NCBI GenBank assembly: GCA_964019335.1
Contig: OZ025681.1
Coordinates: 534,079 to 598,078 of the forward strand
Length of the DNA: 64,000 bases
Direction: 5' to 3'
Origin: Diplonema japonicum
Taxonomy: Eukaryota > Protista > Euglenozoa: Diplonemea
The notes beneath the pieces are model-generated. The model saw only the letters and a program-made list of their open reading frames with translations, did no database searches and was not told the DNA's origin. Numbering within the stretch: the first letter of the stretch is position 1; every line of letters begins with the position of its first letter. This document shows positions 38,948-50,053 of this stretch, piece by piece. The translations under genes were made by a program, and so were the position numbers.

Positions 38948-41900
38948 CTAAATGTTGATGTACTCCCTTTCACCATCGCCTTCAGGGTGGTCGATGACGT
39001 TGACGCCCTGCATCTCTGCCCTCTCGTCTATGTCCTTCAGGAACTCTTTGATGTACACGTCGTTCTTGTTCCTTCGCACAAGGAAGTAGACAAGGCCCGC
39101 TCCGCACACAGCAAGGACCCCGCCCACCACTCCCAGCACCCACCAAGGGAAGGACGAGCTGCTGTCCTCCTCAGGGACAGCCTCCGGGACGAGCCCCCCA
39201 CCGACAACGGGTGCCGACCCATTCCCACCCGTCGTGTCAGGCGCGTCAGTGGCAGGTGCATAGGTCTGCCCGTCAGGCAGAGGTGTCGGTGCAGCGGTGT
39301 CGGGTGCTCCTGTCGCAGGGGCGTCGGTCTTGGGAGGGTAGGTCTGCCCTTCAGGGAGGGGTGTCGGTGCGACGGTTGCAGGGGCACTTGTTGCTGGTGC
39401 CATCGTGTCTGGGGCGGTTGTCGCAGGTGCACCCGTTGCAGGTGCGTCGGTCTTGGGAGGGTAGGTCTGCCCTTCAGGGAGGGGTGTAGGTGCAACAGTT
39501 GCAGGGGCACTTGTCGCTGGTGCCATCGTGTCCGGGGCAGTCGTCATGGGTGCACCCGTTGCAGGTGCGTCGGTCTTGGGAGGGTAGGTCTGCCCGTCGG
39601 GGAGGGGTGTAGGTGCCACCGTGGCGGGTGCCGTGGTATCGGGGGCCCCCGTCTCGGGAGCACCGGTCGCGGGTGCCATTGTCGGTGCTGCCGTGTCAGG
39701 GGCGGGCGTCTCCGGCGGGTAGGTTGCCCCTGCAGGGAGGGCCGTTGGCTCCGCTGTGTCCGGTGCCTGCGTCACTGGTGCCGAGGTCTCGGGGGCCCCT
39801 GTCCTGGGAGCACTGGTCGCGGGTGCCATCGTTGCCGGAGCCGTCGTGTCAGGGGCGGGCGTGCTCGGTGGGTAGGTTGCCCCTGCTGGGAGCGCTGTCG
39901 GGGCGACCGTGTCAGGGGCAGGTGTCGAGGGTGCCATCGTGTCCGGTGCTCCTGTCGCCGGAGCTGTTGTCGAAGGTGCCGATGTCACAGGTGCAGAAGT
40001 GTCGGGCGCTGTCGTGTCAGGGGCGGGGGTGTCAGGTGGGAAGGTCTTCCCTGCGGGGAGCGCCGTCGGGGCGACCGTGTCAGGGGCAGGTGTCAACGGT
40101 GCCGTGGTGTCAGGGGATGTCGTGTCGGGGGCACTTGTCGAAGGTGCCGAAGTGTCAGGAGCACCAGTGGCAGGTGCCATCGTGGCCGGTGAAGTGGTAT
40201 CAGGAGCCGTCGTGTCAGGGGCGGGGGTGTCAGGTGCAAACGTCTTCCCTGCTGGGAGAGGAGTGGGGGCCATCGTGTCAGGGGCAGACGTTGCAGGCGC
40301 CGAGGTGTCAGGGGACGTGGTGTCAGGGGCACCAGTGGCAGGTGCCATCGTGGCCGGTGAAGTGGTATCAGGTGCATTCGTGCTTGGGGCGGAGGTATCA
40401 GGGGCTGTCGTGTCCGGGGCGGGGGTGTCAGGTGGGAAGGTATTCCCTGCTGGGAGAGGAGTGGGGGCGATAGTGTCAGGGGCCGTCGTGTCGGGGGCAG
40501 ATGTCGCAGGCGCCGAGGTGTCTGGTACTGTTGTATCCGGAGCACCAGTGGCAGGTGCCATCGTGGCCGGTGAAGTGGTATCAGGTGCATTCGTGCTCGG
40601 GGCGGAGGTATCAGGAGCCGTCGTGTCAGGGGCGGGGGTGTCAGGTGCAAACGTCTTCCCTGCTGGGAGCGCAGTGGGGGCGATCGTGTCAGGGGCAGAT
40701 GTCGCAGGCGCCGAGGTATCAGGGGACGTGGTGTCAGGGGCACCAGTGGCAGGTGCCATCGTGGCCGGTGAAGTGGTATCAGGTGCATTCGTGCTCGGAG
40801 CAGATGTATCAGGAGCCGTCGTGTCAGGGGCGGGGGTGTCAGGTGCGAACGTCTTCCCTGCAGGTAGCGCAGTGGGTGCGATCGTGTCGGGGGCAGATGT
40901 CACAGGCGCCGAGGTATCAGGGGACGTGGTGTCAGGGGCACCAGTGGCAGGTGCCATCGTGGCCGGTGAAGTGGTATCAGGTGCATTCGTGCTCGGGGCG
41001 GAGGTATCAGGAGCCGTCGTGTCAGGGGCGGGGGTGTCAGGTGCAAAGGTATTCCCTGCTGGGAGAGGAGTGGGGGCGATCGTGTCAGGGGCAGGTGTCG
41101 CTGGTGGCATCGTATCAGGAGACATGGTATCGGGTGCAGTTGTGTCAGGTGCAGAAGTGTCAGGGGACGTTGTGTCAGGAGCCATCGTGTTGGGGGCACT
41201 CGTATCAGGTGCCGAAGTATCCGGGGACGTGGTGCTAGGCGCTGAAGTGTCAGGGGAAGGGGTGTCAGGAGCCATCGTGTCTGGCGCTGATGTGTCTGGT
41301 GCAAATGTCATTCCAACAGGCAGAGGTGTGGGTGCAATCGTGTCAGGGGCAGGTGTCGCAGGGGCCGTTGTGTCCGGTGCCACTGTATCAGGAGAACTCG
41401 TCTCAGGTGCAGACGTGTCGGGGGCGTCCGTATCAGGAGCACTTGTGCCAGGAGCACTTGTGTCTGGTGCCGAAGTGTCGGGAACACTTGTATCAGGTGC
41501 CATCGTGTCAGGAGAAGTCGTGTCTGGAGCACCTGTATCAGGGGCACTTGTGTCAGGTGAACTAGTGTCGGGGGCACTCGTGTCCGGAGCCGTCGTATCA
41601 GGGGCAGGAGTAGCTGGAGCGGGCGTATCGGGTGCGAGAGTTTTCCCGACAGGAAGCGGTGTGGGGGCAATCGTGTCGGGTGCCGGCGTATCAGGAGCCA
41701 TCGTGTCAGGAGCACTTGTGTCGGGTGCAGTTGTATCGGGGGCACTTGTATCAGGGGCAGTTGTATCAGGGGCAGTTGTATCAGGGGCAGTTGTGTCGGG
41801 AGCAGTCGTGTCAGGCGCCATCGTGGCCGGTGAAGTGGTATCAGGTGCATTCGTGCTCGGAGCAGATGTATCAGGAGCCGTCGTGTCGGGAACAATGGTG

Positions 41901-44900
41901 TCGGGAGCAGTTGTGTCAGGGGAACTTGTGTCAGGAGAAGTGGTGTCAGGAGAAGTGGTGTCAGGAGAAGTGGTGTCAGGGGCAGTTGTGTCAGGAGAAG
42001 TGGTGTCGGGCGCAGTTGTGTCTGGAGCAGTGGTGTCAGGGGAACTTGTGTCAGGAGAAGTGGTGTCGGGAGCAGTTGTGTCTGGAGAAGTTGTGTCAGG
42101 GGAACTTGTGTCAGGAGAAGGGGTGTCGGGAGCAGTTGTGTCAGGAGAAGTGGTGTCGGGAGCAGTGGTGACAGGGGCTGTTGTGTCGGGAGCAGTTGTA
42201 TCGGGTGCCGGGGTGTCGGGAGAAGGTGTGGCAGGCGCATCAGTGGTTCCGCTGCTGCATGTAGTGAAGGTGCCAGCAATGAGGATCCACCGGTTCCACG
42301 AGGCAGGGAAGTAACAGATCTTGTACTCAGTGTTGTCCGCCAGGCCCGGGAGGGTTCCTGGACTCCACTCAGTCGCAACCCCTTCGACCTTCACAAGGGA
42401 GCCGACAGAAGCGGAGCAGGCATTCAAAGCCGCACACTGCGTCTCCGCATTGCTGCAGTCGGTAGCTGTGTTCGGGACCACAGCAATCCTGTCAGAAGTC
42501 GCGAGCTCGTCCGTCCCAGGATAGAAGTGGAACACGGGGGCATCCACCCCTGGCTTCGGGCAAGTCGGCTTCGTTGAGAACAGAGGGTCACGGTGATCGC
42601 ACAGCAGGGACAGGGTGTCGATGTAGCAGCCACTCGCACCGCTGTTCACAGCCATCTGGACTTGTGCCACAGCACCAAAGGTGGACGGGATCTTGGGTGC
42701 GATGGTTTGTGCCGCCCCATCCAAGGAGGTCGTGATGGCAAGGTTCTGCCAGTTCAGCCCGAGATCCAGCTTGTACCAGGTGTTCGCTGAGGTCGTCCCA
42801 AAGTACTCGATCGAGTTGGAGTTGATCTTCACACCGAACTGCGAGAACACCCCGATGTACACACGGATGCTGTCACCGCTCGAGGAGGTAAGGGTGACAG
42901 AGAGCTGCGAGGTGGCGCTCGAAACACGTGCCCAGAAGCTCAAGGTGTTGGGCTGGATCCCCCCAGCAGGTTCGCTGTAGAGGTAGCCTGCCTGCTTCAT
43001 GGCGAGGGAGCCCGCCCCCTCCTTCTTCACCGAAGTAGACACACCCGCAACAGAGGAGCTCACAGAGCCTGGGTCGTCGTAAGCACGGTTCACACTGTGG
43101 TGGCACTCTCCGGGAATCTGGAACTCCACGTCCTTCACAGACCAGATGGGGGGCTGCCCGCTCGTGAACATGCTCCCCTTCAGGTAAAGGTCCACAAGCT
43201 CAGTCGCAGCCGTGCGGAAGGTGGAAGCCGCCTTCAAGGGACCAATCGTCACCACCTGACCGTTGATGTTCACAAGGGAGGTGTCGATCATGCTGGAGCG
43301 CAGACCGTTCCACCCCGTGGTGGAAGGGTAGTCCGCAATCATCGCGTCGATGATGGCCTGCTTGTTCGCTGTCGTGTCCACCCAGGAGTCGTAGTCTCCG
43401 ACGAGGGTGAGGGTAATGGAAGTCCCGCCCGCCCTCAGCTGGTCCTGTGTCAGCCCTTCCACCACAGACCCGGTCATCAAGATGTAAGAGGTGCACCACA
43501 AGTGGAACTCATCCATCCAAGCCGGTCCGAACATGATAGCCTTGTTGAAGCCATTGTTGCAGCCGTTCCTGAAGGCCACGCCTGTGACCTCCTGGTGACC
43601 GTCGATGAACAAGTCGGCCGTCTGTGCCCCCCAGTTCACGTGGATGTCGAAGTGGTAGAAGTGCTTTCCCAGTGCCTCAGCCCCTGCCTGCTTGTTGTTC
43701 AACCACCAGCCACCGCTCTGGAACATCACCTGGAAGCAAGAGGTGTCACCGTCACGGAAGTCGAGAGCGGGGGTCTTGGAGTCGTCCGTGAAGCGTGCCA
43801 TGAAGAAGGTGATCCTGCGAGGCTTGCTGTTGGAGAGGAGGGTGAGCTGTCCCTGGGCGGAGGCGCCAGGGTCCGCTTCGTCCCCAACCCTCCACGAGCC
43901 GCCACCCTCCGCGTAGAAGGCCGTGTCCAACTTAACAGTGGTCCCGATCGGGGCCCACGTCCCGATGTCCTCGTCGAAGGCATGCAGGTAGTTCTCAGGA
44001 CAGTTCGAGAAACCCAAGCACTCCAGCCCACCGTAGGCCCCGTTGCAGGTACAGGGAGCGAGGGGGTTGTTCCCACAAGTCCCCCTCCCACCGCACACCT
44101 TCGGGTCGTCAGAGGAAACCCCGAAGCACACCGCATCCGTTGCCGACACCGACACCTCCACAGAGCAGGTCGTCGTCGTCCCGTCGCTCCCGGTGAAGAC
44201 AGCCGCCAAGGTGTAGTCGTTTCCAGCGTGTGCCGCGGTGGGGGTGAATTTTCCAAGAGCGAAGCCGACCCTCCCGATGTTCGACCCGGTGGCGACAGAC
44301 CACGTCAGAGCCGACGAGGGTGCCGTGGTGCCCCCGTAGGCCACAGTCATGGTCTTCCCCGCCGCGAAGAGGGCGTTGAACTCCACACGCCAGAGCTTCG
44401 AGTGCGGGATCACATGCTTCTTCCCGGACTGCTGCGAGGACCTGCAGATCGGGGCCGCGAAGGTGTCCGAGCAGCCGTTGTACATGAAGTTCACGGTGTC
44501 GACGTCCCCGTCGCTCAGCCCGAGACGCTGCCCGATGGGGAGCGGCGACACGATCGTCGGTTGGTTCCCGATGGCGAACCCGTTCGCCCCGTAGTGCATG
44601 ATGCTCCCGTAGTCGTAGCTCCCGATGTCCCTCCCGTTCGCCCCCGTCTTCTCAAAGTTGTTCTCCATACCCGCCTTCACCTGGCTCATGTCCACATACA
44701 CGAACTCGTCACGGTCGTTCCTCGCCTGCTCGTGCGACAGCCCGATGCTGTGCCCGATCTCGTGGATCGTCGCCCCTGTCCCGCAGTTCTCCGCCAGGTT
44801 GATCTGGTTCACGTCCCCGTAGGTCCCCACGGGGGAGTTGCACGCCGATGCATCGGAGATGAAGTACAGGTAGGGCTTCCCACAGCCGTTCTTCGTCGCA

Positions 44901-45214
44901 CACTTCGTGAAGCGCAGGCACGTCTTCGTCTCCCAGTGTGCCAGGGATGCCAGGATCCGAGGGTCCGTCTCCGTCAAGAGGTACGAAGCGGGCCTGGCAC
45001 TGTTCGTGTACTGGGTCTCGATGAAGTAGTTCAGGCGGCCCCCTGCCCACAGCTGGTTCGTCGTTGTGAACCCCGATGACCCGAGGGTCTCCCCGCCACG
45101 TGTCTCGCGCACCTGGATGTCCGACTGTGTAATCCTGTACTTGTACTCCTGTGTCGTGGGCAGCTCCGCCACAGCAGCCGCCGCGAAGAGAACCGTGACC
45201 AGTCCTCTTATCAT
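38948..45214 (-). CDS. Astacin (M12A) membrane metalloprotease B: shared head + long mucin stalk + TM, 2088 aa
   Basis: Head almost identical to gene A; stalk about 524 aa longer; different cytoplasmic tail ending EYINI. Confidence 0.92.
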   Translation of the reverse strand: MIRGLVTVLFAAAAVAELPTTQEYKYRITQSDIQVRETRGGETLGSSGFTTTNQLWAGGRLNYFIETQYTNSARPASYLLTETDPRILASLAHWETKTCLRFTKCATKNGCGKPYLYFISDASACNSPVGTYGDVNQINLAENCGTGATIHEIGHSIGLSHEQARNDRDEFVYVDMSQVKAGMENNFEKTGANGRDIGSYDYGSIMHYGANGFAIGNQPTIVSPLPIGQRLGLSDGDVDTVNFMYNGCSDTFAAPICRSSQQSGKKHVIPHSKLWRVEFNALFAAGKTMTVAYGGTTAPSSALTWSVATGSNIGRVGFALGKFTPTAAHAGNDYTLAAVFTGSDGTTTTCSVEVSVSATDAVCFGVSSDDPKVCGGRGTCGNNPLAPCTCNGAYGGLECLGFSNCPENYLHAFDEDIGTWAPIGTTVKLDTAFYAEGGGSWRVGDEADPGASAQGQLTLLSNSKPRRITFFMARFTDDSKTPALDFRDGDTSCFQVMFQSGGWWLNNKQAGAEALGKHFYHFDIHVNWGAQTADLFIDGHQEVTGVAFRNGCNNGFNKAIMFGPAWMDEFHLWCTSYILMTGSVVEGLTQDQLRAGGTSITLTLVGDYDSWVDTTANKQAIIDAMIADYPSTTGWNGLRSSMIDTSLVNINGQVVTIGPLKAASTFRTAATELVDLYLKGSMFTSGQPPIWSVKDVEFQIPGECHHSVNRAYDDPGSVSSSVAGVSTSVKKEGAGSLAMKQAGYLYSEPAGGIQPNTLSFWARVSSATSQLSVTLTSSSGDSIRVYIGVFSQFGVKINSNSIEYFGTTSANTWYKLDLGLNWQNLAITTSLDGAAQTIAPKIPSTFGAVAQVQMAVNSGASGCYIDTLSLLCDHRDPLFSTKPTCPKPGVDAPVFHFYPGTDELATSDRIAVVPNTATDCSNAETQCAALNACSASVGSLVKVEGVATEWSPGTLPGLADNTEYKICYFPASWNRWILIAGTFTTCSSGTTDAPATPSPDTPAPDTTAPDTTAPVTTAPDTTSPDTTAPDTPSPDTSSPDTTSPDTTAPDTTSPDTSSPDTTAPDTTAPDTTSPDTTAPDTTSPDTTSPDTTSPDTSSPDTTAPDTIVPDTTAPDTSAPSTNAPDTTSPATMAPDTTAPDTTAPDTTAPDTTAPDTSAPDTTAPDTSAPDTMAPDTPAPDTIAPTPLPVGKTLAPDTPAPATPAPDTTAPDTSAPDTSSPDTSAPDTGAPDTTSPDTMAPDTSVPDTSAPDTSAPGTSAPDTDAPDTSAPETSSPDTVAPDTTAPATPAPDTIAPTPLPVGMTFAPDTSAPDTMAPDTPSPDTSAPSTTSPDTSAPDTSAPNTMAPDTTSPDTSAPDTTAPDTMSPDTMPPATPAPDTIAPTPLPAGNTFAPDTPAPDTTAPDTSAPSTNAPDTTSPATMAPATGAPDTTSPDTSAPVTSAPDTIAPTALPAGKTFAPDTPAPDTTAPDTSAPSTNAPDTTSPATMAPATGAPDTTSPDTSAPATSAPDTIAPTALPAGKTFAPDTPAPDTTAPDTSAPSTNAPDTTSPATMAPATGAPDTTVPDTSAPATSAPDTTAPDTIAPTPLPAGNTFPPDTPAPDTTAPDTSAPSTNAPDTTSPATMAPATGAPDTTSPDTSAPATSAPDTMAPTPLPAGKTFAPDTPAPDTTAPDTTSPATMAPATGAPDTSAPSTSAPDTTSPDTTAPLTPAPDTVAPTALPAGKTFPPDTPAPDTTAPDTSAPVTSAPSTTAPATGAPDTMAPSTPAPDTVAPTALPAGATYPPSTPAPDTTAPATMAPATSAPRTGAPETSAPVTQAPDTAEPTALPAGATYPPETPAPDTAAPTMAPATGAPETGAPDTTAPATVAPTPLPDGQTYPPKTDAPATGAPMTTAPDTMAPATSAPATVAPTPLPEGQTYPPKTDAPATGAPATTAPDTMAPATSAPATVAPTPLPEGQTYPPKTDAPATGAPDTAAPTPLPDGQTYAPATDAPDTTGGNGSAPVVGGGLVPEAVPEEDSSSSFPWWVLGVVGGVLAVCGAGLVYFLVRRNKNDVYIKEFLKDIDERAEMQGVNVIDHPEGDGEREYINI

Positions 45215-45937
45215 TTTACTATGACTTAAATGTGCTTCTCAGCTGTGTGGTTAGTCGTCAGCAAGAACAAAATAGGAGAGCATTAAAAAAAATAAAAATA
45301 AAAATAAAAATAAAAATAAAAATAAAAAAAGAATCACCTCATTTTTCTAGCATAACTTACGGACAAGTATTTATGAAAGGTAGCAAGGCAAGTGATCTCC
45401 GCAAACTTAAAAGCGGCGTTGTCAGGAGTGGGCACCCCTTGGGAGGAAGGGAAAAAAAAAAAGAAGAAGAAAAAAGACACAGGGAGGAAACACAGGAGGG
45501 AGGATGGAGGTTCAAAACACGCATGCGTGGCCTAGCCAGTTTCGAAACTAGGGAAAGTGCTACGCCACTAACTTTCTGCATTAGTTTCCGCAGTTTGACG
45601 CAGTGCTAGCTCTGTAGGCGGGTATTGCAATCAAAGCAGAAGGGAACGGTAGCAGATGTACTACAGAAAGAGTCGGTGCTGGCGTTGGAGAAACAGAAGG
45701 GGGGAAAAAAGTGCATGCATATGGTTCACAGTTTCTTGTTTAGTAACACTTCATATCGGGGATATGCTCAAAGGGTGACCTTTAAAAACATGCTTGTACA
45801 CAACCGGGATATTGTAAGAGTTACTTATTTGTATTCTTTCTTTTTCCCTAAACAGGAAGGGGGGGTGGGGGGGGGAGGGGAGACCGTCATATCTAAGAGT
45901 CAAAACCAGAGTGCAAAGTTGAACCAAATAAAATTAA

Positions 45938-47703
45938 CCCATAACACTCCGGGGCCTATCTACATAGGGGTCCCTTTTTTGCTCCTTTTCATAATTTGAG
46001 GGGGAAAATGGCAGCATTTAACCCCCGTTTGCAGGTAAAACGGGTTTTTTGGATCAGGAAAATTAAAAAAAAAGTTCAAAAATTAATAAAAATACAAAGG
46101 GGATGAAGAGTTGGCCGTAGGGTGCTCAAAAACGACCATGTCAAAATGGGTTGTGCACGGGGGGGTGTAAATTGAGCATCTTGGGACAAAAAAGGCAGCA
46201 TCAGGACCCCTCAGATGTCTCAGACCGAGAGAAGTGCCTTTTTGCGGGTGGAATATCGGCCTCGAAATCGTCAAGAGGCCTTTTTGGGGTGACGGAAGAG
46301 TGGTACGAAAAAAGCACTTATTTGGACAGAGGTGTTGGTTTCAGGTGTAGCATTCGTAGATTGTGCGTTTTGTGCATCCTTTCAACCTGCAGACCCTAGA
46401 GGTGCTCCCTTTGAGTGGCTAGCGGTCACGTTTGGTGTAATCTGGGGTATCGGGGGTGTGTGCTCCACTAGTTGGGTGCCGGGAGTGATGTTTTTGCAAC
46501 GCTGGACCCATCAATCAGGCTCTCTCGAAAGCGCTCTTTAAAAGCAGCCAGGGTTGTGTATCTCTTTGGCATCCCTGAACCATATTTTATTTGAAGTGCA
46601 TGGCAGTTAACTATTGTCACTTCTAGGGCCCACCAGAAGAGTCCGCACGAAATGCAAGCCCCTCACAGTTTTTTCACAGGGCTTCGGCCAGACCCACAGT
46701 CGAAAAGTAGCTATCGCAAACTACCGTGTTGTCATTTCCCCGGAAAGGCTCCGTTAGCCCCAGCACCGCCTTTTCCACAACACTGAAATTTTCAAGTGCG
46801 TGCCCCTCGATTTTGGTGGCGTGAAAACGCAAAAGATAACCCGTGCTCGTGCAGTTTAGGCAGTAGATTTTTATGCCATATCTTTTACGCTTGAGAGGAC
46901 AGTAGACCCGCAGCCCCCCAATTGCCCCGTGAAGGTACGTGTCTCGTCAATGCTTAAATATTTTCCTGGCACTGCTGCTTTTGCCCACTTGTCACCAATT
47001 CTGCCCAGAAACCCTCGTATCTTCACAACACGTCACCGTTTGACCCTCCTGTGTGAGTGAAGTGGAGGCTACTTTTGATTTCCTGGTAGCGTCTCCTGGG
47101 CTTCGTGTTACTGAAAAGGGGGATTTTCATGGTCCTGTGGACCAATACGACTGCTGATTCTGGGCACGCCGTAAACCCATCGCAATGCTCAATCCGAGTA
47201 AGCGGTGGAGTCTTGGGTCGAAATTTTATCAATCTCAGCGTCCTTTTGCTTGTTTGTCTCTTCTTGGATGACGTCTGTGAGCTTCCTATAAAAAAACCGA
47301 AGGAATAACCATTTTGCGTCGTCAGGTTTCTGCGTACCACGGGACAGCTTTTTTTCTCCCCACTGGCCTATTTTATGGTCTCTATGGGTACCAACTCCCT
47401 TACCCATGAAGGTTGGACCTCGTCCGTAGCTGTTTTGGCTTTACCTTTGCGTTTTTTGGAAACAATTTGGACACAGTATGCACACCCGTTATTTTGCGTT
47501 TTTAGCCTATCTACTCGGATTTGGGACCCACTTGGTGGGTGGATAACAAGGTTAAGTGACGCAGCGCAGCATGAAATGCAGTTGAAAATAACTCCTCATT
47601 ATAGTCGTTCTTGGAGATCCAGGGGTCGAGTGGCCGAAAAAGTACTTAGAGAAAAAAACGATTTTTCAAAACGACAAATATTTGCGCCTTGGAGTGTTAT
47701 GGG
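45938..47703 (-). mobile_element. Decayed piggyBac DNA transposon
   Basis: TTAA at 45934-45937 and 47704-47707; 13-bp TIR CCCATAACACTCC. Minus-strand fragments LFLRFFYRKLTDVIQEETNK, IPLFSNTKPRRRYQEIKSSLHF, LSIDET, YCPLKRKRYGIKIYCL, VLGLTEPFRG..TVVCDSYFS, with frameshifts. Confidence 0.92.
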
Positions 47704-48786
47704 TTAAAAAGAAAAAAGAAGGGGGGGAAAGGAGGTCAGCCAGTGTTGGTGGCGCCCTGCCTCAAGCACGGTCTAATAGGCACAGCGAGAGCTGTTGGTT
47801 CCTTGCATTCCGGAGTCCGTCATTTGGCTCTCGCCCCCCCCCCCCCCCCCCCCCCCGAGGGGCCCAAGATTCTGTATTTGTGCAGTTTGCTAGGGGATAA
47901 GAAAAAAAGAGAGAAAAAAAAAAAAAAAAGACTCTTTGGCAGTAGATATGAACAAAAGAAGAATGGAAGAAAAAGAACAACGAAACAACAACGGTTGGTT
48001 CCTTAAGGGGAAACAAAGCAAGGTTTATTTTAAAAAAAAATGTTCCTGTAACAAATTGGGGGGGGGGGGGGGGGGGGGGAGGTCCCGAGGGACTGATAAC
48101 GAGGAACTTGAAGAAGAAAAAAACCGACTTTATCCCCAGGAATAACTGTTGTTTATTTCCACAAGTTTTTTTTTTCCCCCCAGCAAACAAGAAAAAACAA
48201 ACAAAAAAAAAAAGCCGTAATTCTCAAAAGAAACAGAAACAAAAACAGGTCACAATTGGGCAATTCGAGAAACTTAGCGGTGGGGAGAAAAATTAAACTG
48301 CAAGGGAGAAATATTTAAAAAAAGAAAAGAAAAAAAAAAAGAAAAAAAGAATAAGAAAACGAGGGTTTTTGCGTTCGCGCACGAGCGATTATGTGTTTTT
48401 TTTCTTCTTTTTTTTTCTTTTTCCCGAAATATTTCGCAAAAAGTTTCTTTCATAACTCAAAAGAAATAAAAAAATGATATTCCAATGAGGTTTGTTCTGA
48501 AACATAAAAAGAAAAAAAAAGAAAGGGGGGGAAATAAATGTCATTTCGTTCTTGTTCTTTTTTTTATTTTATTTTATTTTATTTTATTTCCTTTCTTTTT
48601 TGGCTGCTGGGGGGGGGGGGGGGGGGGGCGCACCCTAATATCATTTTTGAAGGTTTTAATCCGTGGAACCGCCAGCAGGCAATAAAAAAAAGAAAAAAAC
48701 GTTTCCTTTTTTTTTTTTCTTTTTTTTTTCCCCCCCTCTTTCTTGTTTTCTTATTCTTCCTTCTTCCGAGTATGTAGTTTTCATTC

Positions 48787-48820
<34 letters not shown>

Positions 48821-49359
48821 CGTTTCTCGTTCTTGGAGATTCTTGTAACTTCATTGTTTTCACATTCTTAATTTCGCTTCATATTAACTAAAAAACTGTC
48901 AAACCAAAGATTACACAGGAGCTTCGAAAACACCCCTGGTACGGAAAACGGGTGCTTGCCGGCTTTTAGAAATACTAGGCATATTTTTTGTTTTGTTTTG
49001 TTTTTTTTTTCTTCTGGCGCTTCAGCTTCAGGTCTGATTCTAATACGCGCACTTCATTGATTTAGCAGAGAAAGGGAAAAAAAAAAAAAAATAAGAGGGG
49101 AAAAAGTCCTGAAAATTGCAACTTTTCAAAGAGGAGAGCGTAAAATCACAGAATAAGTAACCCATTGGGGGGGTGCCTATTAAATTTTAAAAAAAAATAA
49201 AAACAAGACCATCCCCGAGAACATGAATCTCAGGATTTTTTCTATCTGGCATTTTGCTACTCCTTTGAAGAAGGGAGGGAAATAAGAGGGGGGGTGGGAC
49301 TGCAAAGTGCAAGAAGTTGGCTTTTTTTTCCCCCTCCTTATTTTAATTATTATTCCTTC

Positions 49360-49394
<35 letters not shown>

Positions 49395-49507
49395 CCCCTG
49401 TCCCCTAATATGTTCTTAATACTGGGTGGTGGGTGGGAACGGCGGGGATTCGTGTTTCCTTTCACAAAAGGTTATTTTGAAAGAATAATACCTTTAATTA
49501 AAAAGGT

Positions 49508-49538
<31 letters not shown>

Positions 49539-50053
49539 ATATTCTTTATTCTTTTTTTTTTTCCTGGGGCTGGTCTGTTCCTCCCATCCCCATTCTTTCT
49601 TGATTTCTTCTTTTTTTTTGCCGTAAAATAAAATTTGGGCTAATTTCTAAATAGGAGGGTCAATATTGAAATATTCCGGGATTTTGACTGTTTTATCCTG
49701 TTTTTAAAACCATTTTTTTTTTTTTTTTTTTTTTTTTAAAGGAACATCTAACCTCTAGCTGCACAAAGCTGCTTCCCCCAGACAGCAGCAGCTTGTCCTC
49801 GTTATCAGAGGGGAGGTCCCTCTGAAAAGTCGTTCTCAACAATAGAAGGACAGAAAAGTTAAAATGGGAAAAAAAAAAAAAAAATGCACCACGCACTCCC
49901 TATTACCCGGTGACAGAGCACAAATTTGACCCCCTATTTAGAAATTCCCCAAATAAAAAAAAAAAGAGGGGAGGGAGGGGATATAAGGGGGGAGAAATGT
50001 ATGACGGTTCACACCCCTATAGGAAAAAAAATAATAAAATTAAAAAAGGTTTT

